Below the pieces are notes generated by a model. That model did no database searches. It was not told where the DNA came from and saw only the letters and a program-made list of their open reading frames with translations. Shown here piece after piece: positions 60,801 to 64,000 of a DNA stretch of 64,000 bases; within the stretch, counting starts at the first letter, position 1, and the number at the start of each line of letters is the position of its first letter. Origin of the DNA: Podarcis gaigeae (taxonomy: Eukaryota); assembly GCA_964106915.2 (NCBI GenBank), contig OZ066914.1. One strand, 5' to 3'. Position numbers and translations under genes: made by a program.

Positions 60801-63204
60801 TGCCTTTGAGCCAGTTGAGGTCATCTTTGTACACAATCTAAGATATTGGATTAAAAATAGAGAAGAGTGAGAATTTCAAAGCAAAACATAGCAAACATTC
60901 ATTATACACAAATTAAGTAATTTAATCGTGATTGAAACTTTGCTACATAATGGAAACCAGCTTAGAGCATTAGCATTAGTTTCCATTGGCTGCCATTATG
61001 TTGTTCGATTTTCTAAGTACTCCTTTCTTCAGCAACCCGTCGTTTCCTCAGATTCCTGCTTTTCAGCCAGTTCCTATTTAGTCCTAGTAATACAACTTGT
61101 ATTGTACAACTTGGTCAGTTTGATTCAAATGTCTGTCTGTCTGCACACAGATAGCAGGCGCATGAAAAACTGAAAACGTTTGCTGCAAAAACTTCCAGAT
61201 TGAAACCCTGAAAGGTTCTCTGTTCATTAAAAGCCCAATTAATTGTCCCTTTGAAGGCAAGCATCTCCTGCATCCACCAAACAGCAATCAAAGGGGGGGG
61301 GGTCTGACGCCCGTCAACAGGCAATGAACACAGCCTGTAAGCTTATAGATGTAGTTTGCCACACCATTAATGCTCCTTTTCCTGTCATGTGCAAATATAA
61401 TAGTTTTTCCAAAGGCAGACCTGGTATCATTTGCAGACTTACATCACTCAGCTGGTCGTTGACTTTCCGAGCAAGAGCATTGGCATGAAGATCTGGGATG
61501 TTGGCCCATTCATGAAGACGGATGCGATAATCGATTTCACTGACTTTCTTCTGAGTGCTCTTAGCTGACACTATGTCCACCATGTCTGGTGCAATATGGA
61601 TTTTGGCCTTGTTCTTTTCATAGCCTTCTCTATATAAGCGCTAGGGTAAAATAGAGTTATTATTATTATTACTACTACTGCTACTACAATTATTACTTCT
61701 TCTTACCCACCCTTTATCCTAAGGTCCCACAGCAGGTTACAACCACTTAAAATTATATATTAAAAACAGTCTAAAACAAATACAATACCAGGAGTTAGCT
61801 AACAACTAACAAACAATTCAAGAAGTCATATCTGAGTAGGCCAGAATATTAGCTTCCAGTATTATTTTTATAATAATAATGGGAAGCTTCTAATAATGGG
61901 GGGAAATATAAATAAGATATTAAACCATGCAAAGGGTGACAATCTGGCACAAGCATGACAACTCTAAGAGGGGAAACAGCAGAGTGGAGTGCCTGCTTGA
62001 CCCTTTTGGTTCCAGCTATTCTTCTGCTCAGAATCCCAGGCTTTTCCATCCGTAAGAATGGGGAAACCAACCCATAATGAAATCCAATGGCACCAGCCTT
62101 CTTTTAGAACAGACACCACTAATAGAATAGATTTCTCCTCCCACCTGCAGCTCTCCATGTGCCTTCAAAACCTGCTCTGGAGGGTTGGGAGAAGGTCCGG
62201 AGCAGATTTAGAGCTTGGGATGGACTGCAAGGCAGGAGTTGGGAAGAAAAATTGGCATTGATGTCACACTATGGAACTCTGTGTACATGTACATTTAGTT
62301 TGGCCCTTAGTGATCTGCATGCACTTGTGTGAATGAAGGTGACCTATATCAACATATTGTTATAGCTCCTGGGTAAATCACCCTTTGTTAAGCTGATTAT
62401 CTGATACCTGCAATGATCAGCTGACATTCCCTGAATGGGTACAGCTTATGAATTGAAATTACTTTTCCCAACCCATCACCAAGTAGAGGGGCAGAAAACT
62501 ATGGTGTTGCGGTTTGAGCAGTTAAGAGAGACAGAGAGTTGGAAGTTCTTCTGCTTAACTATGCCTGAGCAAGAAGCAGCCTGCAGGAGGCTACAGAAAT
62601 CTGAGCAGTTGCTGTCTTTGTGAATCTGATGCATGACTCGTGGTTGTGCTGACCACCTATGGCAGCCTATTGCTTCCAATAAGTTCTCCTCCGGGCAGAA
62701 TAATTCTCCAGCGTGCTCTCTTCCAATGAACACTAAATCCTGTAGCACCCCCATCTCTTGGGGAAGTGAGGGGTGCTAAATAACATAACCTTTCAGTATC
62801 TAAAACCACCTATTAATGGAAATAATCTGATTTAAAAAGTGTAAGACGGCACTTTTCTTATCAGATGTTATATCAAAAATAAACCTTACATCAATATTCA
62901 GCTTGCCAACCCTTAGGCATCTGGCAGTGTTGGGATCATCCTGAACCCCTCTGGGTAGAGTGTAAAGCGCTTTAAACCGATCATACTCCTCTCGATACTT
63001 TACCTATGCGGAAAAAGAAAATGGAAATCCAAGTTACTTAGAATGATACATCATTCATACGACATCTTTAGGAATGTGTTGCTTGGGTACACTTACAATA
63101 CTGGCATTGTGCTTCAGTTCTTTGGCACGGACAAATGGCACAGCATCGGGAGGCAATGTGAAACCAGTGGCCTTCACTTTATCCCAGGCGTCCTTGTACA
63201 GGTT
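1790..63204 (-). CDS. NEB: Nebulin, 3' portion of the multi-exon gene (60 coding exons in window; 5' end outside window)
   Basis: Chain of mostly phase-0 GT-AG exons of 93-114 nt encoding ~35-aa SDxxYK modules; WLxGxGC-type super-repeat motif every 7th module; [13 protein letters not shown]-repeats; Ser-rich region; terminal SH3. Confidence 0.99.
2390..2499 (-). CDS. NEB: NEB exon, Ser-rich region (~182)
   Basis: (V)[36 protein letters not shown]; 110 nt, AG/GTAAG. Confidence 0.96.
3339..3488 (-). CDS. NEB: NEB exon, Ser-rich region (~181)
   Basis: (V)[49 protein letters not shown]; 150 nt, phase 1-1. Confidence 0.95.
3676..3768 (-). CDS. NEB: NEB exon (~180)
   Basis: (D)[30 protein letters not shown]; 93 nt, phase 1-1. 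Confidence 0.97.
4163..4788. mobile_element. Non-autonomous Tc1/mariner-superfamily (Tc2/pogo-like) DNA transposon with GC-rich internal ~110-bp tandem repeats
   Basis: TA target duplications 4161-62 and 4789-90; TIRs CCRTATTTTTCRCACTATAGGACRCAC. Confidence 0.85.
5101..5284 (-). CDS. NEB: NEB exon (~179)
   Basis: [61 protein letters not shown]; 184 nt, phase 0-1. Confidence 0.97.
5372..5572. mobile_element. Shorter relative of the same Tc2/pogo-like MITE family
   Basis: TA flanks; TIR CCGTATTTTTTGCTCTATAAGA; subterminal GGGGAAATGTGTGTGCGT shared with the 4163-4788 element. Confidence 0.85.
6162..6269 (-). CDS. NEB: NEB exon (~178)
   Basis: [36 protein letters not shown]; 108 nt. Confidence 0.97.
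8909..9001 (-). CDS. NEB: NEB 93-nt Z-disc repeat exon
   Basis: [31 protein letters not shown]. Confidence 0.95.
9326..9418 (-). CDS. NEB: NEB 93-nt Z-disc repeat exon
   Basis: [31 protein letters not shown]. Confidence 0.95.
10514..10606 (-). CDS. NEB: NEB 93-nt Z-disc repeat exon
   Basis: [31 protein letters not shown]. Confidence 0.95.
11011..11103 (-). CDS. NEB: NEB 93-nt Z-disc repeat exon
   Basis: [31 protein letters not shown]. Confidence 0.95.
11525..11617 (-). CDS. NEB: NEB 93-nt Z-disc repeat exon
   Basis: [31 protein letters not shown]. Confidence 0.95.
12124..12216 (-). CDS. NEB: NEB 93-nt Z-disc repeat exon
   Basis: [31 protein letters not shown]. Confidence 0.95.
13481..13565 (-). 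pseudogene. Decayed (frameshifted) Z-disc repeat pseudo-exon
   Basis: Ends ...AAC TGC AGC TTG|GTAG like intact Z exons; 5' half reads [16 protein letters not shown], 3' half [12 protein letters not shown] in another frame; 85 nt. Confidence 0.7.
14157..14249 (-). CDS. NEB: NEB 93-nt Z-disc repeat exon
   Basis: [31 protein letters not shown]. Confidence 0.95.
14622..14714 (-). CDS. NEB: NEB 93-nt Z-disc repeat exon
   Basis: [31 protein letters not shown]. Confidence 0.95.
15382..15474 (-). CDS. NEB: NEB 93-nt Z-disc repeat exon
   Basis: [31 protein letters not shown]. Confidence 0.95.
15892..15984 (-). CDS. NEB: NEB 93-nt Z-disc repeat exon (first of cluster)
   Basis: [31 protein letters not shown]. 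Confidence 0.95.
17485..17577 (-). CDS. NEB: NEB exon (~166)
   Basis: [31 protein letters not shown]; 93 nt. Confidence 0.96.
19323..19415 (-). CDS. NEB: NEB exon (~165)
   Basis: [31 protein letters not shown]; 93 nt, AAG acceptor. Confidence 0.95.
20542..20646 (-). CDS. NEB: NEB exon (~164)
   Basis: [35 protein letters not shown]. Confidence 0.96.
22128..22232 (-). CDS. NEB: NEB exon (~163)
   Basis: [35 protein letters not shown]. Confidence 0.96.
22479..22583 (-). CDS. NEB: NEB exon (~162)
   Basis: [35 protein letters not shown]. Confidence 0.96.
22732..22845 (-). CDS. NEB: NEB exon (~161)
   Basis: [38 protein letters not shown]. Confidence 0.96.
23677..23787 (-). CDS. NEB: NEB exon (~160)
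   Basis: [37 protein letters not shown]. Confidence 0.96.
24246..24356 (-). CDS. NEB: NEB exon (~159)
   Basis: [37 protein letters not shown]. Confidence 0.96.
24527..24720 (+). mobile_element. MIR/Ther1-like tRNA-derived SINE, degenerate
   Basis: GCGTGGTGTAGTGGTTAGAGTGTTGGAC A-box region, CTGGGTGACCTTGGG core, A-rich tail. Confidence 0.6.
24942..25299 (-). mobile_element. Sauria SINE, full length
   Basis: tRNA-like head with GGTTCGAATCC B-box, (ACCTTT)n tail, 53-bp direct flanks. Confidence 0.92.
27136..27240 (-). CDS. NEB: NEB exon (~158)
   Basis: [35 protein letters not shown]. Confidence 0.96.
28016..28120 (-). CDS. NEB: NEB exon (~157)
   Basis: [35 protein letters not shown]. Confidence 0.96.
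28958..29062 (-). CDS. NEB: NEB exon (~156)
   Basis: [35 protein letters not shown]. Confidence 0.96.
29380..29602 (+). mobile_element. L2-like LINE 3' end with (TAA)n tail
   Basis: TGTAAACTGCCCTGTGATC...GAAGGTTGGTATAGAAAT stem-loop followed by (AAT)n. Confidence 0.55.
29814..30060 (+). mobile_element. Solo LTR (247 bp)
   Basis: TGTTA...TAACA termini, 5-bp TSD GTAAC (29809-13, 30061-65), TATATAAG 29948-55, AATAAA 29999-30004. Confidence 0.9.
30091..30201 (-). CDS. NEB: NEB exon (~155)
   Basis: [37 protein letters not shown]. Confidence 0.96.
33479..33577 (-). CDS. NEB: NEB additional module exon (no counterpart in the recalled human exon series)
   Basis: ttgtag|[33 protein letters not shown]|gtaag; 99 nt, phase 0-0, xxY...DTP...S module pattern. 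Confidence 0.88.
34441..34500. repeat. (AAAG)n(AAGG)n microsatellite
   Basis: Direct reading. Confidence 0.95.
34805..34935 (-). mobile_element. tRNA-Lys-derived SINE with CR1-type 3' end
   Basis: Reverse strand gives tRNA-Lys-like head (TCTTAATCTCAGGATTGTGAGTTCGAGCCCCACG) plus ...GTCCCTTCCAACTCTA tail. Confidence 0.7.
35366..35470 (-). CDS. NEB: NEB exon (~154)
   Basis: [35 protein letters not shown]. Confidence 0.96.
35615..35716 (-). CDS. NEB: NEB exon (~153)
   Basis: [34 protein letters not shown]. Confidence 0.96.
35826..36131 (+). mobile_element. Sauria SINE (internal deletion relative to the 25-kb copy)
   Basis: GGGGACGCAGGTGGCGCTGTGGGTTAAA head, (ACCTTT)3 tail, 13-bp TSD TATTGTTGATGCC. 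Confidence 0.92.
36318..36428 (-). CDS. NEB: NEB exon (~152)
   Basis: [37 protein letters not shown]. Confidence 0.96.
37046..37085. repeat. (CA)n microsatellite
   Basis: Direct reading. Confidence 0.95.
37568..37678 (-). CDS. NEB: NEB exon (~151)
   Basis: [37 protein letters not shown]. Confidence 0.96.
37785..37889 (-). CDS. NEB: NEB exon (~150)
   Basis: [35 protein letters not shown]. Confidence 0.96.
38594..38698 (-). CDS. NEB: NEB exon (~149)
   Basis: [35 protein letters not shown]. Confidence 0.96.
38810..38914 (-). CDS. NEB: NEB exon (~148)
   Basis: [35 protein letters not shown]. Confidence 0.96.
39729..39833 (-). CDS. NEB: NEB exon (~147)
   Basis: [35 protein letters not shown]. 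Confidence 0.96.
40661..40768 (-). CDS. NEB: NEB exon (~146)
   Basis: [36 protein letters not shown]. Confidence 0.96.
42390..42494 (-). CDS. NEB: NEB exon (~145)
   Basis: [35 protein letters not shown]. Confidence 0.96.
43097..43417. mobile_element. Non-autonomous hAT (Charlie/MER58-like) element
   Basis: CAGGGGTAAGCAAAC / GGTTGCTGACCCCTA termini, 8-bp TSD GTCTACTG (43089-96, 43418-25), internal direct repeat. Confidence 0.88.
44375..44479 (-). CDS. NEB: NEB mutually exclusive exon (human exon 144 counterpart)
   Basis: [35 protein letters not shown]; cacag|...|gtaag. Confidence 0.94.
45121..45225 (-). CDS. NEB: NEB mutually exclusive exon (human exon 143 counterpart)
   Basis: [35 protein letters not shown]. 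Confidence 0.94.
45753..45814. repeat. (AAAG)n microsatellite
   Basis: Direct reading. Confidence 0.95.
45843..46030 (-). mobile_element. 5'-truncated Sauria SINE
   Basis: GGTAAAAGGTAAAAGGTAAAGG tail and 3' body similar to the full-length copies. Confidence 0.75.
46146..46250 (-). CDS. NEB: NEB super-repeat exon (~142)
   Basis: [35 protein letters not shown]. Confidence 0.96.
47041..47402 (+). mobile_element. RTE-clade LINE 3' fragment (degenerate ORF end with C2H2 finger)
   Basis: Translates [28 protein letters not shown]...[22 protein letters not shown]; (GAA)n tail; CATGGTC on both sides. Confidence 0.8.
47569..47673 (-). CDS. NEB: NEB super-repeat exon with WLRGIGC motif
   Basis: [35 protein letters not shown]. 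Confidence 0.97.
48720..48824 (-). CDS. NEB: NEB super-repeat exon
   Basis: [35 protein letters not shown]. Confidence 0.96.
49627..49731 (-). CDS. NEB: NEB super-repeat exon
   Basis: [35 protein letters not shown]. Confidence 0.96.
50855..50959 (-). CDS. NEB: NEB super-repeat exon
   Basis: [35 protein letters not shown]. Confidence 0.96.
51136..51271. mobile_element. Palindromic hAT MITE, young copy
   Basis: Perfect 58-bp inverted arms, 8-bp TSD AGCTAGAG; degenerate relatives near 13.3, 21.3, 26.9, 34.0, 42.0, 51.4 and 53.0 kb. Confidence 0.92.
51498..51819. mobile_element. GC-rich non-autonomous hAT element
   Basis: CAGGGGCAGAG / CTCCGCCGCTG termini, 8-bp TSD AATCCAAT (51490-97, 51820-27). 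Confidence 0.82.
52114..52218 (-). CDS. NEB: NEB super-repeat exon
   Basis: [35 protein letters not shown]. Confidence 0.96.
53916..54020 (-). CDS. NEB: NEB super-repeat exon
   Basis: [35 protein letters not shown]. Confidence 0.96.
54410..54506 (+). mobile_element. CR1-type LINE/SINE 3' end
   Basis: GAACAGGATGCTGGACTTGATGGGCCATTGGCCTGATCCAGCAGG followed by (TTCTTATG)-like tail; similar piece at ~41075-41140. Confidence 0.6.
54630..54756 (+). mobile_element. tRNA-Lys-derived SINE with CR1-type 3' end
   Basis: AGCTCAGTCAGTAAAGCATGAGACTCTTACTCTCAAGGTTGTGGGTTCAAGCCCCATGTTG head; same family as 34805-34935. Confidence 0.7.
55001..55111 (-). CDS. NEB: NEB super-repeat exon
   Basis: [37 protein letters not shown]; 111 nt. 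Confidence 0.95.
56486..56584 (-). CDS. NEB: NEB super-repeat exon with WLRGLGC motif
   Basis: [33 protein letters not shown]; 99 nt. Confidence 0.96.
56843..56947 (-). CDS. NEB: NEB super-repeat exon
   Basis: [35 protein letters not shown]. Confidence 0.96.
57077..57181 (-). CDS. NEB: NEB super-repeat exon
   Basis: [35 protein letters not shown]. Confidence 0.96.
58198..58305 (-). CDS. NEB: NEB super-repeat exon
   Basis: [36 protein letters not shown]. Confidence 0.96.
58704..58811 (-). CDS. NEB: NEB super-repeat exon
   Basis: [36 protein letters not shown]. Confidence 0.96.
59143..59250 (-). CDS. NEB: NEB super-repeat exon
   Basis: [36 protein letters not shown]. Confidence 0.96.
59864..59968 (-). 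CDS. NEB: NEB super-repeat exon
   Basis: [35 protein letters not shown]. Confidence 0.96.
60733..60837 (-). CDS. NEB: NEB super-repeat exon with WLKGIGC motif
   Basis: [35 protein letters not shown]. Confidence 0.97.
61443..61640 (-). CDS. NEB: NEB two-module super-repeat exon
   Basis: [66 protein letters not shown]; 198 nt. Confidence 0.96.
62890..63003 (-). CDS. NEB: NEB super-repeat exon
   Basis: [38 protein letters not shown]. Confidence 0.96.
63097..63204 (-). CDS. NEB: NEB super-repeat exon (most 5' in window)
   Basis: [36 protein letters not shown]. Confidence 0.96.
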
Positions 63205-63257
63205 CTGTAGAGGCAAGAATCAAAGTACTGTGGTCTATATATGCTACTATACACTAA

Positions 63258-63535
63258 GGCCTTGTCTACACTGGAGCACCTGCCTGTCTCCCCATTAATG
63301 TAGGTGTGTATACAGGATGTCCTCCCCATCAAAGTGTTTTCCTGTCCTCTTCTTTAAATGTGGGGCCTTCTGCTCCTGGGAAACATTGAAATCCAAGGAT
63401 TAAAAATCCCACATTTAAAGGGGGGGGGCGGATTTGGGGAAATGTTGGGATGCTGAAGATGTCATGTAGATGCCCTTATTATTAACGGGGACAGGAAGGT
63501 GCAAATCCATATTTACCTCTGGTGTAGACAAGCCC
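63258..63535. mobile_element. PIF/Harbinger-like MITE
   Basis: GGCCTTGTCTACAC / GTGTAGACAAGCCC TIRs, TAA on the left flank, internal inverted repeat. Confidence 0.65.
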
Positions 63536-64000
63536 AAATATTTTGAGCTGCCTTAGAGTCATTATCTATGAAGCCCCAAAGCAGTAAGAACCATGAGTAA
63601 GAACCAGATATTAAGACACCTTTTCTGCCTTTTAAAGCAGAAAGGCCTAGAGCTACACATTCTTTGACATAGTCAGGGAAGGAAACAATTGCTTAAATCC
63701 ACACAAACAAAATGGATACTAAAAATCATGGCCTTCCACACCCCAACTTAGAAAAGGCAACCCAAAAGGAAAGAAATTTCAACACTAAACATCAAGCTCA
63801 GGTTTGATCTGTCATCCTTCAGGATGGGGAAATTCCATAATTTTTGGAGCAGGGCTGAAAAAATTCAATTTCTCCTAAGTGTATTGTGATTAGCCACAGG
63901 TGGCAATTTCAAGAGGCATACCAGATTGTAGGGATGTAAACCCAGGTATGCTAGCCCCGAGTCATGCTGTGTTCCAACGTCCGGTGAAAACATTCCCCTT

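Overview
Vertebrate genomic DNA, very likely a squamate reptile (Sauria SINEs with (ACCTTT)n tails; probably a lacertid lizard). Almost the whole window is the 3' third of the nebulin gene (NEB) on the minus strand. I read 60 intact GT-AG coding exons from 63204 down to the stop codon at 1790-1792. They encode the last super-repeats, the linker and simple repeats, ten 93-nt Z-disc repeat exons, the Ser-rich region and the C-terminal SH3 domain; the 5' part of the gene lies beyond the window. Human exon numbers are inferred by counting back from the terminal exon (183) and from recalled human sequence, not from an alignment. Main observations: (1) an extra nebulin-module exon (33479-33577) that breaks the 7-module periodicity unless it is skipped or mutually exclusive with 35366-35470, i.e. 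a candidate second MXE pair besides the exon 143/144 pair, which is also present; (2) exon-like units in the last Z-disc intron that could give an SH3-less C-terminus ending ...DRSTLV*; (3) birth-and-death turnover of Z-disc exons (two recent tandem duplications, one decayed copy); (4) a Penelope-like insertion with a hammerhead-ribozyme core and a perfect 53-bp inverted repeat just downstream of the stop codon; (5) a solo LTR with promoter motifs pointing antisense into an exon; (6) a duplicated intronic hairpin element. Most ORFs in the supplied track are shadows of repeats or exons.
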